Below, one piece after another: positions 28,767-39,063 of a stretch of 64,000 bases of DNA. The notes beneath the pieces are model-generated. The model saw only the letters and a list, made by a program, of their open reading frames with translations. It was not told the DNA's origin and made no database searches. The position numbers were made by a program, and so were the translations under genes. The DNA comes from a virus (Duplodnaviria; Caudoviricetes), in the IMG/VR virus record IMGVR_UViG_3300032226_000551, positions 32,001 through 96,000 of that record; one strand, written 5' to 3'. Position 1 is the stretch's first letter, and each line of letters begins with the position of its first letter.

Positions 28767-31343
28767 ATGGGTTATCGCAATGTTTATTATAATGCCAAGG
28801 ATGAATGTATTCACCTTTGGACATGGGATGAAAGTGGCAATAGAATCAAAACAGAAAGCAGTTTTGAGCCATTTTTGCTTGTTGAATCACCAGATGGTAC
28901 TGATGGAGTCTCTGTTTTTGATACAAAACTTAAAAAAATAAAGTTCAAGAATCAATTCGAGAGAAGTAAATTTTTAAATAGTACTACAATAACCAGATTG
29001 TTTCATAATCTGAATGTAGAACAGCAATTTTTACTGGAAACTTTTAAAAAGGAATCGGAAAAGGAAGATTTTAGCAAAAACAAGTTAAAGATTTTCTATA
29101 TAGATATTGAAACATATGGTAGAGATGGATTTTCTACACCAGAAGAGGCTAGAGATCCAATAAATTTGATTACTGTATATGATTCTTTTTCTGAACACTA
29201 TTATACATGGGGTACTGGTGGCTCTTATGTTTCAAAAAATTCAAATGAGACATATGTTAAGTGTTCAAACGAAGAAATTCTACTTAAAAAGTTTTTAGAT
29301 TTCTGGGAATCTGATTATCCTGATGTTGTTAGCGGATGGAATATTTGTGGATACGATATTCCCTATATTATAAATCGTTTGGCTATCATATTCGATGACC
29401 AAGAGGCAAAGCGATTGTCTCCTGTTTCAAAATTAAGATTTGTTGAGAACTTATCTCTAAACAAAATGGGAAAGAGAATGGATAGATGGTACATATGTGG
29501 ATTAAGCATTATTGACTATATGGAAGTCTATAAAACTTTTTCTTTGGGTGATAGGGAATCATATAGTTTGAATTACATTTCGGATTATGAACTAGGAGAT
29601 TCTAAAATTGCTTATGTTGCATCATCTTTGGCAGATTTGGCTGATCAAGATTGGAATACTTTCGTAGATTACAACATACAAGACGTTAAACTTCTTATTA
29701 AGTTGGAAGATAAATTAAAGTTTTTGAAATTGGTTAGAAATCTTTCTTATAGAGGATTCATACCATTTGAAAAATCTATGGGAAAGGTGTCGTTGATTAC
29801 TGGTGCGGTAGCAAATCAAGCACAAAAACAGGGTGTTTATATTCCAACATTTAATGTTGAAAACGTGAAACAAAAATTTGCAGGAGGTTTTGTAATGGAA
29901 CCCAGACCGGGTCTGTACGAGGATGTAGTAACCTACGATGCAAACAGTCTATATCCGAATACCATTATTACTCTGAATATTTCACCAGAAACAAAAATTG
30001 GTAAAGTTCTAAAAATAGAAAATGACAAATACACATTAAAGCTATCGAATAATAAAAATGTGGTGTTAGAAAAAGAAAAATTTGATAAGTTGGTTCAAAA
30101 AGAAAAACTATCAATATCAGAGGCTAATGTTTTATATACACAAAAGATTAAAGGTGTTGTTCCCAATCTAATTGATGGTCTATATAAGGAAAGAGTTGCG
30201 GCAAAAAATAAAATGGGTGATGCAATTAAGAAGTTAAGCACCACAACTGATCAAAAAGAGATACAAAAGTTAAAAGAAGAAATAAACGACAATGATACAT
30301 TGTCAAATGTGTATAAGGTAATATTGAATTCTATTTATGGGGTATTCTCACAGATATATTCCCCTCTCTTTGATATAGATCATGCGGAAAGTGTTACATT
30401 AACAGGTCAATCGGTTGTTAAAAAGGGATCAGAGATCGTATTCCAATACCTAAAAGAGAAAGGATTTAATGGTTCTATTGATGATGTTTGCATATATCAA
30501 GATACAGACAGTGAATTTTTCTCATTTAAAAAGGTATTTGATTCTAAAGGTGTATCTTTAACAGATGAATCGAATAATATAACATTTGAAGCCAACAGTC
30601 TGATAGAAGAATATGGTAAAGTTTTAAATACCAAAATTAACGAGTGGGCGGCATCGAAATTTAATTCAATAGATACACGATATTTCTTTAAAAGAGAAAA
30701 GATATGTGATGTGGCAGTATTACAGAAAAAGAAATATTACATAATGCATATTTTGGATAGTGAAGGTACTAAGGTTGACAAGTTTTTGTATAAAGGAATC
30801 GAAGTTGCTAAATCTATTCTATCGAAAGAGACAAAAAATCTGATCAAAAAAATTATTGAATCGGCAATTATTTCTAAAAACCGAAAAGTAGCGAATGGTT
30901 TATTCCAAGATGGATTTGAAGAGTATTGTAATATGAGTCCAGAATTGATTTCATCTAGAAAAAAGGTAAACAATTACGAGAAGTATATAAATTCTGTTGA
31001 TAAGGATGGTAAATTCGGAAAGGGAACACCCAACCATGTTAAATCTGCTATAAATCACAATAAACTAATAGATGTTTTAAAAATAACAGATAGGTATCAA
31101 CATATTTCTAGCGGAGAAAAGATTAAAACTCTATATTGTTTAAAAAATAGTTTGGGATTCGATACAATTGCTTTTGCAAATGATTTTCCAAAGGATTTTT
31201 ATCAATATATAAAACCGGATTATCGGAAGATGTTTGAAAAAAATATAATTCCTCCAATTAGTAGAGTGTTTCAAATAATCGGTTGGCCATTACCAGCAAT
31301 AGGATGTGAACAAGTTACTGATTTAACCGAACTCTTTTCTTAA
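28767..31343 (+). CDS. gp43: Family B DNA polymerase gp43
   Basis: Exo DIET, GWN..GYDIPY, YNIQD; Pol DANSLYP, KVILNSIYG, YQDTDS, KKKY. Confidence 0.97.
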   Translation: MGYRNVYYNAKDECIHLWTWDESGNRIKTESSFEPFLLVESPDGTDGVSVFDTKLKKIKFKNQFERSKFLNSTTITRLFHNLNVEQQFLLETFKKESEKEDFSKNKLKIFYIDIETYGRDGFSTPEEARDPINLITVYDSFSEHYYTWGTGGSYVSKNSNETYVKCSNEEILLKKFLDFWESDYPDVVSGWNICGYDIPYIINRLAIIFDDQEAKRLSPVSKLRFVENLSLNKMGKRMDRWYICGLSIIDYMEVYKTFSLGDRESYSLNYISDYELGDSKIAYVASSLADLADQDWNTFVDYNIQDVKLLIKLEDKLKFLKLVRNLSYRGFIPFEKSMGKVSLITGAVANQAQKQGVYIPTFNVENVKQKFAGGFVMEPRPGLYEDVVTYDANSLYPNTIITLNISPETKIGKVLKIENDKYTLKLSNNKNVVLEKEKFDKLVQKEKLSISEANVLYTQKIKGVVPNLIDGLYKERVAAKNKMGDAIKKLSTTTDQKEIQKLKEEINDNDTLSNVYKVILNSIYGVFSQIYSPLFDIDHAESVTLTGQSVVKKGSEIVFQYLKEKGFNGSIDDVCIYQDTDSEFFSFKKVFDSKGVSLTDESNNITFEANSLIEEYGKVLNTKINEWAASKFNSIDTRYFFKREKICDVAVLQKKKYYIMHILDSEGTKVDKFLYKGIEVAKSILSKETKNLIKKIIESAIISKNRKVANGLFQDGFEEYCNMSPELISSRKKVNNYEKYINSVDKDGKFGKGTPNHVKSAINHNKLIDVLKITDRYQHISSGEKIKTLYCLKNSLGFDTIAFANDFPKDFYQYIKPDYRKMFEKNIIPPISRVFQIIGWPLPAIGCEQVTDLTELFS

Positions 31344-31611
31344 AAAAATCTTTAAATGATTCAGGCATATGTATTTTTTCTCTTGCTTTAGCAAATCCAG
31401 AAGCAAGTTCGTCATCATTTAAATATTTTTTTGGTTTTTGGGGTTTAGGAAGAATATTAATTTCATTATTTATATCTTCTAATCTTGAATTTATTAATGA
31501 TGCAACTTCATCATCAGTCATTTCATTAAACAATTCATTATCAATACTTATTGGTAATGAACTATGAACCCACTCGTTAGTTTTTCCATTATATCTAAAA
31601 TCATCTTTCAT
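31315..31611 (-). CDS. Hypothetical protein
   Basis: 98 aa; late motif TAAATA (minus, 31618-31623). Confidence 0.55.
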   Translation of the reverse strand: MKDDFRYNGKTNEWVHSSLPISIDNELFNEMTDDEVASLINSRLEDINNEINILPKPQKPKKYLNDDELASGFAKAREKIHMPESFKDFFKKRVRLNQ

Positions 31612-31629
31612 TTTTTATATTTACACTAG

Positions 31630-31657
31630 TTGACATTTTAATACATCGTATTAAAAT
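31630..31657 (+). promoter_or_regulatory. Sigma70-type promoter
   Basis: TTGACA-N16-TAAAAT; ATG 31667. Confidence 0.65.
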
Positions 31658-31666
31658 ATATAAGAT

Positions 31667-32074
31667 ATGAGTAATACAACAGAAACAACAAACAATACAA
31701 CGACACCAATTATCTTTTTAGATACTGTAGGAAGAACCATCATGGCACTTCCTGATGCATCTAGTGATGATAGTGTTTTAACTGTAAAAAATCCGGTAGT
31801 TATCATGGTAGGTGGAGATAACAGCGGAAAAATGTCGGTACAACTATTCCCACTATTCTTCAGAGAGTTTCTAGCCGATAAGAATGCAGATGTGACATTC
31901 TCTTATAAGAAGGATTCCATCACATTGAGCAATATCGAAGCGATTGATTTTAGATTGCAAGCTCAGTATTCACAAATGTTCTCAAAGACAAATTCCTTTG
32001 TTGCACCAGAACAACAACAGCAACCACAGCAAGCAACTGAGCAAAAGGTAGTTAACTTATTCGATGACAATTAA
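31667..32074 (+). CDS. Conserved-type hypothetical protein between gp43 and uvsX
   Basis: 135 aa; LTVKNPVV small beta domain, Q-rich tail ending VVNLFDDN. Confidence 0.7.
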   Translation: MSNTTETTNNTTTPIIFLDTVGRTIMALPDASSDDSVLTVKNPVVIMVGGDNSGKMSVQLFPLFFREFLADKNADVTFSYKKDSITLSNIEAIDFRLQAQYSQMFSKTNSFVAPEQQQQPQQATEQKVVNLFDDN

Positions 32075-32175
32075 TTATAACAAATAATTTTAAAATATAA
32101 AAAAGGTACAATTTATATATTTATACGTCATGATAATTTGTTTGACGAATAGTAAGTTGGTATAAACATAATAAA

Positions 32176-32212
32176 AACAAACCCGAAAAGTTTTTGACTT
32201 TTCGGGTTTGTT
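32176..32212. terminator. Intrinsic terminator hairpin overlapping uvsX promoter
   Basis: AACAAACCCGAAAAGT-TTTTG-ACTTTTCGGGTTTGTT perfect 16-bp stem. Confidence 0.8.
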
Positions 32213-32222
32213 GCTTTATACT
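32194..32222 (+). promoter_or_regulatory. Sigma70-type promoter of uvsX
   Basis: TTGACT-N17-TATACT; ATG 32232. Confidence 0.7.
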
Positions 32223-32231
32223 ATAAAACAT

Positions 32232-33344
32232 ATGGCTAAAACAAAAAAAGAAAACACAGAAGATCAAGAAACAACAGGAACAATCGAGGAAGCATTTAAA
32301 ATTCTAGATGATCTCAATCCAGAGGCATCATTTTTAGATGAAAACAGTCTTTCAACAGTAAAAGAATGGATTGATACTGGATCAATGGCACTCAATGCAA
32401 TTATTTCTGGTTCTTTGTATGGGGGAATTCCTATGGGAAGACTTTCTGGTTTTATCGGACCAGAATCGTGCGGAAAAACTCTAATCGCTAATAAAATAAT
32501 GGCAAATGCTCAAAAGAAAGGTATGCATGTCGCATATTTTGATACAGAAGGAGCATTGGATGAAGATACAGCAAAAAGATTGGGTTGTGATCCATCGAAA
32601 ATCAAACATGCACCAACGGAATTGACCGAGCAATGTAGAAATCAAATTGTGAAGTTCTTGGATACTGTTATTGAAAAGAAATTACAGGGAAAAGTATTGA
32701 TTGTTATCGATTCACTCGGAAATCTTATTACAACACAGGAAAAAAAGAAGATCGATGAAGGTAGCGACACACCAGACATGGGAAATAGAGCAAAAGCATT
32801 GAAGAGTATGATGAGAGCTATTACACATTCTGCTGCAAAGGCAAATTGTCCTATTGTTTTCACCAATCACATCTATGATGATCCATCACAGTTGCATCCA
32901 ACAGCAATTAAAAAGCAAGCAGGAGGTTCTGGACCTCTTTATATGGCATCGGTTATTGTTCAAATGGCAAAGAAAGTAGAAAGAGCCAGCGATAGTAAAA
33001 ATAAAGATTCGAATGAAACTACAACATCATTGGCTAAAGACATAAACGGTCTTACTTTGAGAGCATTTACAACAAAGAACCGTTTTGTTGTTCCATTTCT
33101 TGAGACAGAGATGTATTTGAACTTTAAAACTGGTCTAAATAAGTATTCGGGACTCCTTGAAATGGCAGAAGGATATGGTGTTCTTGAAAAACAAGGTCAT
33201 CGTTACGCATTAAATGGAGAATTGTTGGGATTCTTTAAAGACTTCAAAGATAATCCAGAAGTTTGGGACAAAATCTTACCTTTACTTGAGGCTAAACTTA
33301 GTGCAGAATTGTCATTTAAGAATGAAAACACACAAAGTATTTAA
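32232..33344 (+). CDS. uvsX: RecA-like recombinase UvsX
   Basis: IDTGSMALN, GPESCGKT, YFDTE, IDSLGNL, DMGNRAK, TNH, KNRF. Confidence 0.95.
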   Translation: MAKTKKENTEDQETTGTIEEAFKILDDLNPEASFLDENSLSTVKEWIDTGSMALNAIISGSLYGGIPMGRLSGFIGPESCGKTLIANKIMANAQKKGMHVAYFDTEGALDEDTAKRLGCDPSKIKHAPTELTEQCRNQIVKFLDTVIEKKLQGKVLIVIDSLGNLITTQEKKKIDEGSDTPDMGNRAKALKSMMRAITHSAAKANCPIVFTNHIYDDPSQLHPTAIKKQAGGSGPLYMASVIVQMAKKVERASDSKNKDSNETTTSLAKDINGLTLRAFTTKNRFVVPFLETEMYLNFKTGLNKYSGLLEMAEGYGVLEKQGHRYALNGELLGFFKDFKDNPEVWDKILPLLEAKLSAELSFKNENTQSI

Positions 33345-33352
33345 TTTTTTAA

Positions 33353-34753
33353 ATGATTAAAAACCTACCTCTTGATTTGGAGCTTTATGAGAGCATTGTT
33401 CTATACAATGCTCTCCTTGATCAAGGATATTTAGAGACAATTATTCATCATACAAAGCCTACTTTCTTTAAGAATAAGAATTATAGGACGGTTTTTGAGT
33501 CTATTGTATCGTTTTATTCTGAATATAGAAAAATTCCTAACACAACCGAACTAAAAACACATCTTATAGACCAAGAAAAACGTGATGCATTAAAAGAAAC
33601 TATTTTATCTTTTAAAAATATTGATAAAAAATACGATAAAGATGTTTTATTAAAAAATACAGAGCGTTTTATTAAAGAAAAGTCAGTATTGACTACTGTA
33701 TTAAAGACTTCTTTGGACATACAAACCGGAAATATCGATCCTTCCAAGATATTGAAGGAGTTCGAGAGTGCTTGTAATATATCTTTAATCGATAATAATG
33801 GTTTTGATTATCTAGAATCCATTGATAAACATTGTGAAGACTTGCAAAAGGTTTTTAATGTGATTCCAACTGGCTGGAAATGGCTGGATGAGAAACTGGG
33901 TGGTGGTCTTATGGCAGAAGGAAGGGCATTGTATGTATTTTTCGGTGTTACCAATGTTGGTAAATCAATATTTTTGGGAAATATGGCAACCAATCTACTA
34001 AGCCAAGACAAAACGGTTGTTTTAATTTCATTGGAAATGCCAGAACAGATATATGCAAAGAGAATAAGTTCACAGTTATCACAAATACCATTTTGTGATC
34101 TGAAACTACAGACAGATTCTCTTAAAAAACATCTAAACCAATATAAGGTTCATAATAAAAATGCAAAGTTGATAATAAAAGAATTTCCACCAAAGACTGT
34201 AACACCCGCAAATCTAAAATCATATTTGGATAAGCTTGTAAGAAGTGGAATCAATCCAGATGCGGTAGTATTGGACTATTTAAACTTGCTTTCTCCTAAT
34301 ACAAATGGTTTAAATTCTTATGAAGCGGTTAAAGAGATTACGGAAAGTGTGAGAGCATTATCATATCACTTCAGTTGTCCTGTTATTTCTGCGACACAAG
34401 CAAATAGAAGTGCATTTTCAACTCCAAATCCAGATATGGATATGACCAGTGAATCTATGGGTCTTTCTCATACGGTAGATGCACAGATTTCTATTTGGAC
34501 AGAGAAAGAAGACTTTGATTTGGGTATTATACACATGGGAATTGTCAAAAATCGATTTGGTCCAAGGCAATGTCATACTGTTTTGGAGATAGATTATGAT
34601 ACATTGTCACTAAAAGATCCCGATGAAGTATCAAAATCGTTTACTGTAAAAAATCCAAAAAAACAAGTCATGTCAACTGATGGTGATTTGAATGAATCGG
34701 TTATAAATACATTGGATTTGATAGAAAGTTTAAGTTTAAATGATGAAAATTAA
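33353..34753 (+). CDS. gp41: Replicative helicase gp41 (DnaB-like)
   Basis: TNVGKS, ISLEM, IIKEFP, DYLNL, SATQANR, SESMGL, KNRFG. Confidence 0.95.
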   Translation: MIKNLPLDLELYESIVLYNALLDQGYLETIIHHTKPTFFKNKNYRTVFESIVSFYSEYRKIPNTTELKTHLIDQEKRDALKETILSFKNIDKKYDKDVLLKNTERFIKEKSVLTTVLKTSLDIQTGNIDPSKILKEFESACNISLIDNNGFDYLESIDKHCEDLQKVFNVIPTGWKWLDEKLGGGLMAEGRALYVFFGVTNVGKSIFLGNMATNLLSQDKTVVLISLEMPEQIYAKRISSQLSQIPFCDLKLQTDSLKKHLNQYKVHNKNAKLIIKEFPPKTVTPANLKSYLDKLVRSGINPDAVVLDYLNLLSPNTNGLNSYEAVKEITESVRALSYHFSCPVISATQANRSAFSTPNPDMDMTSESMGLSHTVDAQISIWTEKEDFDLGIIHMGIVKNRFGPRQCHTVLEIDYDTLSLKDPDEVSKSFTVKNPKKQVMSTDGDLNESVINTLDLIESLSLNDEN

Positions 34754-34775
34754 AGACATGTGATTAAATAGTGAT

Positions 34776-35666
34776 ATGTGCAGTGATACATATCATATTT
34801 TTACACACAAGGATTTGGATGGTGCGGCGAGTTTATTGACTTTTATTTGGTCTAAGCCAAATGAGACTGTATCATTTAATGAAATAACAAATTTAGAAAC
34901 AGATAAAATCAAACAAATAGTAAAAAGATTATCTAATCCTAAAAATGTTTATATTTTCGATTTAGCTTTAAGAAAAGATTTCCTCCCCGAACTTGATCAG
35001 CCATACATTACCATAATCGATCATCATAAAAGATCAGAAGAATATGTAAAAGATTTTAAAAAATCAAAAATATTACATAAAGAATATTCTTCAAATTGTC
35101 TTTTGCTAAAAAGATTGTTTTGTGATGACAAAATAGAATTAACCGATTCACAAAAAAAATTAATTGAATTGGTAGATGATTATGATTCAAATTCTATGGT
35201 TTTTAACGAGTCTTATGATCTGAATGTTCTTTTTTGGATGGATTATAAAGACAATTTTCCAAAATTTATAAACGATTATAAGTCGGGATACAAAGAACCA
35301 TCTTTAGAACAAAGAAAAAAAATAGATTTTGCTAAAAATGTAGCATATAAAGAAGCATCTAATGTTCAAATATATAAAGGATCATTGAACATAAAGGGTA
35401 AGGTTAAAAGTACCATAGGTGTACAGGTTAATTCTTTTAACAATCTAACAATAGATGCGATTACAAAAAAATATGACTCGGATTTATACTTTTTTATAAA
35501 TCCAAAAACAAATAGAGTCGTTATAAGACAAAAAAAATCAGATGATCCTATAGACTTGCAAAAATTTGCCGAAAAATTTTGTGATGGGGGAGGAAATACA
35601 CATTGTGCATCAGGAAAATTGACTCCATTGTTTATGGAATTGACAAAAAATTTAAAACCATTATGA
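34776..35666 (+). CDS. DHH-family phosphoesterase
   Basis: HKDLDG, FDL, IIDHH, DDYD, GGGN..ASG (DHHA1-like). Confidence 0.85.
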   Translation: MCSDTYHIFTHKDLDGAASLLTFIWSKPNETVSFNEITNLETDKIKQIVKRLSNPKNVYIFDLALRKDFLPELDQPYITIIDHHKRSEEYVKDFKKSKILHKEYSSNCLLLKRLFCDDKIELTDSQKKLIELVDDYDSNSMVFNESYDLNVLFWMDYKDNFPKFINDYKSGYKEPSLEQRKKIDFAKNVAYKEASNVQIYKGSLNIKGKVKSTIGVQVNSFNNLTIDAITKKYDSDLYFFINPKTNRVVIRQKKSDDPIDLQKFAEKFCDGGGNTHCASGKLTPLFMELTKNLKPL

Positions 35667-35968
35667 TAATAACATCATCACAACAATTAGAAGAAAGATC
35701 AAACCCATCAGATGCTCTAAATTTAGAAGAATTTGAAGATATAACATTAAAATTTGGTTCTTTTGTTTGTATTTCAAAAGGTAAGAAGTTAAATTATTTA
35801 AATTTTCTAAAATTTCTAGTAGACGATCCAAAAACTCAAAAAATATACTTCAATTTATTAAACGAACACAACCTACAAACTATAATAACCGCATATTTAA
35901 AATCAACACCCAATATATACAAAAAAATATTTAGATCAAAATTAAACCCAAAAAATAAAAAAACTTGA
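35663..35968 (+). CDS. Hypothetical protein
   Basis: 101-aa ORF with ATGA overlap to the DHH gene. Confidence 0.65.
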   Translation: MIITSSQQLEERSNPSDALNLEEFEDITLKFGSFVCISKGKKLNYLNFLKFLVDDPKTQKIYFNLLNEHNLQTIITAYLKSTPNIYKKIFRSKLNPKNKKT

Positions 35969-36639
35969 ACGAATTTCAAAAAAAAATATACAACTGCTTT
36001 TTAAAAAACTCTAGAAAAGGAAAACCCTTTCAACCAAGAAAGGATTTTTCGGATATGTCCGAAGAAACTCTAACATATTTGACAAAAATGGAATTGTTTT
36101 TTCAAAAATATTCACATATAAACATAGAAGAATATTTTGAAGCACCAAATTGTCTTCATCCTGATGACAAATATCCAAATTTACAATATTTCTTTACTAG
36201 ATCTGCGATAAAAACCTATACAGTCTATAAAAATATAAAGGAAGACGAAAATCCAGAAAATCAATTTGATAAAATCAAAGAGAGTATTTGTTTTATAGGA
36301 AAATTTTGTTTGGATAATGGTATAGAATTAAAAAACTATCTGAATTTCCGAAATGGCTACATGTATTCTTGGATAAATCACTACAGGGAACATAGAATCA
36401 ATCCATATTCAATCATGGAACTTGGAAATTTTGAAAAAATTTTATTTTCTTTGTTGGAAGAGGAAAGAGATATGTATGCCAGCAATTTGGTTGAAAAGAT
36501 TGATTCCTTTAAGGTTAGATACCACAATTCCTATAAAACAAAAACATTCGTTAAGACCGCAACAAAAAAAATTGAAAATTTCGTAAAAGAAAACTTGCAA
36601 AACAAAACATCAAATGCTAATATAAAAAAGTATGAGTAA
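35965..36639 (+). CDS. Hypothetical protein, possibly gp59-like helicase loader
   Basis: 224 aa, basic/aromatic, directly upstream of gp32 as gp59 is in T4; no firm motif. Confidence 0.35.
   Translation: MNEFQKKIYNCFLKNSRKGKPFQPRKDFSDMSEETLTYLTKMELFFQKYSHINIEEYFEAPNCLHPDDKYPNLQYFFTRSAIKTYTVYKNIKEDENPENQFDKIKESICFIGKFCLDNGIELKNYLNFRNGYMYSWINHYREHRINPYSIMELGNFEKILFSLLEEERDMYASNLVEKIDSFKVRYHNSYKTKTFVKTATKKIENFVKENLQNKTSNANIKKYE
36595..36623 (+). promoter_or_regulatory. Sigma70-type promoter of gp32
   Basis: TTGCAA-N17-TAATAT with TG extended -10; ATG 36632. Confidence 0.55.
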
Positions 36640-37489
36640 ATACACAACATCACTATTCGAATCCATCAAGGATGCGATCAACAAAAACAACAACACATCA
36701 ACAGAAAGTTCTTTTAAGGACTTTATGAAGCTAGAGATCGACAAGACTTACATTGTAAGACTTGTTCCATTGGTAACAAATCCAGAAAGGACATTCTTCC
36801 ACTATTATAGTCATATCTGGAAGAGTATTTCGACAAACAATATCGTTTCGGTTCTCTGTCCAAATACATATGGAGAGAAATGCCCAATCGATGAATACCG
36901 TTCAAAGGTATATGCATCAAAGAATGATCTGGAGATCGAAAAGATTCGACCAATTAAGAGGAACGAGAATTGGCTGGTAAATGTTTTGGTTATAAAAGAT
37001 CCAACCAATCCAGAAAATCAAGGAAAGGTAAAGATCCTTCGATATGGTAAGCAACTCGCAAAGATCATTGATTCTGCTATCACAGGAGATGACTCTGATG
37101 AATTCGGTGCAAAGGTTTTCGATCTTTCTGAAAGCGGATGCAACCTTAAAATCAAGGTAGAGAAAAACGAAGGTGGTTATGCCACTTATGTAGGTTCTAA
37201 GTTTATGTCACCATCAAAGGTTGATGGTATCGATAATATCGATGAAGTTTATAATTCGGCAAATGATTTGGATGCAATCTTTGATCACAAGTCTTATGAT
37301 GACATTAAGAAATTGTTGAATACACATTTCTTGGGTAAGAATGACCAAACAGAAGTTGTAGAAACAGAAGTACAGGAAGATTTTGACAGTTATGCTGAAA
37401 TCGTTTCGACTGCTGGTAAGACAACATCATCTTCTTCTGAAGACTCTGACGAAGATAGAAAAATGCAGGAGATTTTGAACGATCTATAA
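36632..37489 (+). CDS. gp32: Single-stranded DNA-binding protein gp32
   Basis: H...CPNTYGEKCPI, NVLVIKDPTNPENQGKVKILRYGK, GCNLKIK, acidic tail. Confidence 0.92.
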   Translation: MSKYTTSLFESIKDAINKNNNTSTESSFKDFMKLEIDKTYIVRLVPLVTNPERTFFHYYSHIWKSISTNNIVSVLCPNTYGEKCPIDEYRSKVYASKNDLEIEKIRPIKRNENWLVNVLVIKDPTNPENQGKVKILRYGKQLAKIIDSAITGDDSDEFGAKVFDLSESGCNLKIKVEKNEGGYATYVGSKFMSPSKVDGIDNIDEVYNSANDLDAIFDHKSYDDIKKLLNTHFLGKNDQTEVVETEVQEDFDSYAEIVSTAGKTTSSSSEDSDEDRKMQEILNDL

Positions 37490-37490
37490 T

Positions 37491-37970
37491 ATGAGTCCAC
37501 AAGAAGAAGCACTAGAAGCTGCTAAATTAGCAAAGGCTGTTAGTTCTCAACTTGGATTGATTGATAAATTATCGACTGAAAGACCCGAAAGACCAGCAAA
37601 TCAAATAGACATTAATAGTTTTATTTCTAGAGTTGTTGATCCTAGTCGTAATAGAAATGCAGCAAGTTCCTCTGGTTATGTACCGGAGGAACTTGTTCAA
37701 TCTCTTGTTCCAGAACCAAAATACGCATTTCCACAATCTCCTGTGAGTGAAAATACAGTAAAAGAACCAGTAATTCATCAATTACCACAAATTGGTAAAA
37801 GAGAAACAAAGAATCAAAAGAGCGAACCTGTAATTTTGACATCGGAAGATAAAAACATCAAAAAGATTGCTAATTCTTTGGAAAGAATTGCAAAAAGTTA
37901 TGAGAAATATGTTGAATGTTTTATTAATTGTAATACAATCAATAAACAAACAAATATTTTAAATGAGTGA
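37491..37970 (+). CDS. Hypothetical protein
   Basis: 159-aa ORF in replication operon. Confidence 0.65.
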   Translation: MSPQEEALEAAKLAKAVSSQLGLIDKLSTERPERPANQIDINSFISRVVDPSRNRNAASSSGYVPEELVQSLVPEPKYAFPQSPVSENTVKEPVIHQLPQIGKRETKNQKSEPVILTSEDKNIKKIANSLERIAKSYEKYVECFINCNTINKQTNILNE

Positions 37971-38718
37971 TAAAATTTTACCTGTACCAAAAACCATTCT
38001 AGAGAAAATACTAAAACCTGTTAGTAAAATAACAGAAAGTTGTATTTTAAAAATATCTAAAGATGATTTGTACACAATATGTACACCATCCGACAATTCT
38101 TTGATATTGTATGCAAAGACAAAATTGCCGTTTGAATTGAGTGATTTTAAAATCAACATCATAAACATTAAAAAACTATTAACAGGTTTGGATTGTTTGG
38201 GTGATGATGGTGAATTTACTATATTTTTAAACGAAAACAATATTGAATGTCATAGTAAAGATGTAAATTCTGGAGAAAACACGCATTTTAAATACCATTT
38301 AGTAGATGATGGTATAATAAAAGAATCATCGGTGAATGTTCAAAAGATAGCAAAATTAAATTTTGATACAGAATTTGAAATTTCACAAGATAAGATAAAA
38401 AGAATAATGACCGCATATTCTTTCGTATCGGATGTTAATAAAATATACTTCTTTACGGAAGAGGGAAAGGTAAAATGCGAAATAAACGATAAGACTATGC
38501 AAAATGTCGATAACTTATCGATGGTTTTGACCGATAAGGTAATTGGAGATGAGATATTAAAACCTATACCTGTAAACATTGAGGTTTTTAAGAATTTAAT
38601 ATCTAGTAAAACTAATATTAAAGTAAAAATAAACAATGAATACAAGGTTTTCATATTCCAAACACAGGAAGATGAAAATGTAGACCTAAAATATATAGTT
38701 TCTGCACTTGTCAAATAA
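37963..38718 (+). CDS. gp45: Sliding clamp gp45-like
   Basis: 251 aa two-domain beta-rich pattern, NIINIKKLL, FKYHL, terminal LKYIVSALVK. Confidence 0.75.
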   Translation: MSDKILPVPKTILEKILKPVSKITESCILKISKDDLYTICTPSDNSLILYAKTKLPFELSDFKINIINIKKLLTGLDCLGDDGEFTIFLNENNIECHSKDVNSGENTHFKYHLVDDGIIKESSVNVQKIAKLNFDTEFEISQDKIKRIMTAYSFVSDVNKIYFFTEEGKVKCEINDKTMQNVDNLSMVLTDKVIGDEILKPIPVNIEVFKNLISSKTNIKVKINNEYKVFIFQTQEDENVDLKYIVSALVK

Positions 38719-38741
38719 CCTATATCAAGTAAGTTTTTAAT

Positions 38742-39062
38742 ATGGCTAATAATAAAATAACAACTATAAGTTACTTCATCAAAAGACTAAGAGATAGTGG
38801 ATATGTTGCTGATAAAGTATTCAGTGAATATGGTAAACAAGACCCTAGATGTTGGACTGTTGTTGTTGATCCAAAATTCTCATCGGTTATGATAACATAT
38901 TTTAACAATCATAATTATATGGGTGAAGAATATTTTAGCATAAACGATGGGGGTCAATTTTTTCCAGAAAATTTTAAACTAAAGACAAGTTCCATAGAAG
39001 TTGTTATTGAATATTTGGTCAAGTTTGGAATCAATAACAAGTCTGATACATATAAGGACTAA
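38742..39062 (+). CDS. Hypothetical protein
   Basis: 106-aa ORF. Confidence 0.7.
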   Translation: MANNKITTISYFIKRLRDSGYVADKVFSEYGKQDPRCWTVVVDPKFSSVMITYFNNHNYMGEEYFSINDGGQFFPENFKLKTSSIEVVIEYLVKFGINNKSDTYKD

Positions 39063-39063
39063 T

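Noticed and set aside
30496-30513. YQDTDS variant of polymerase motif C as a sign of altered specificity
   Set aside because: Catalytic DTDS is intact and the preceding residues vary among family B polymerases
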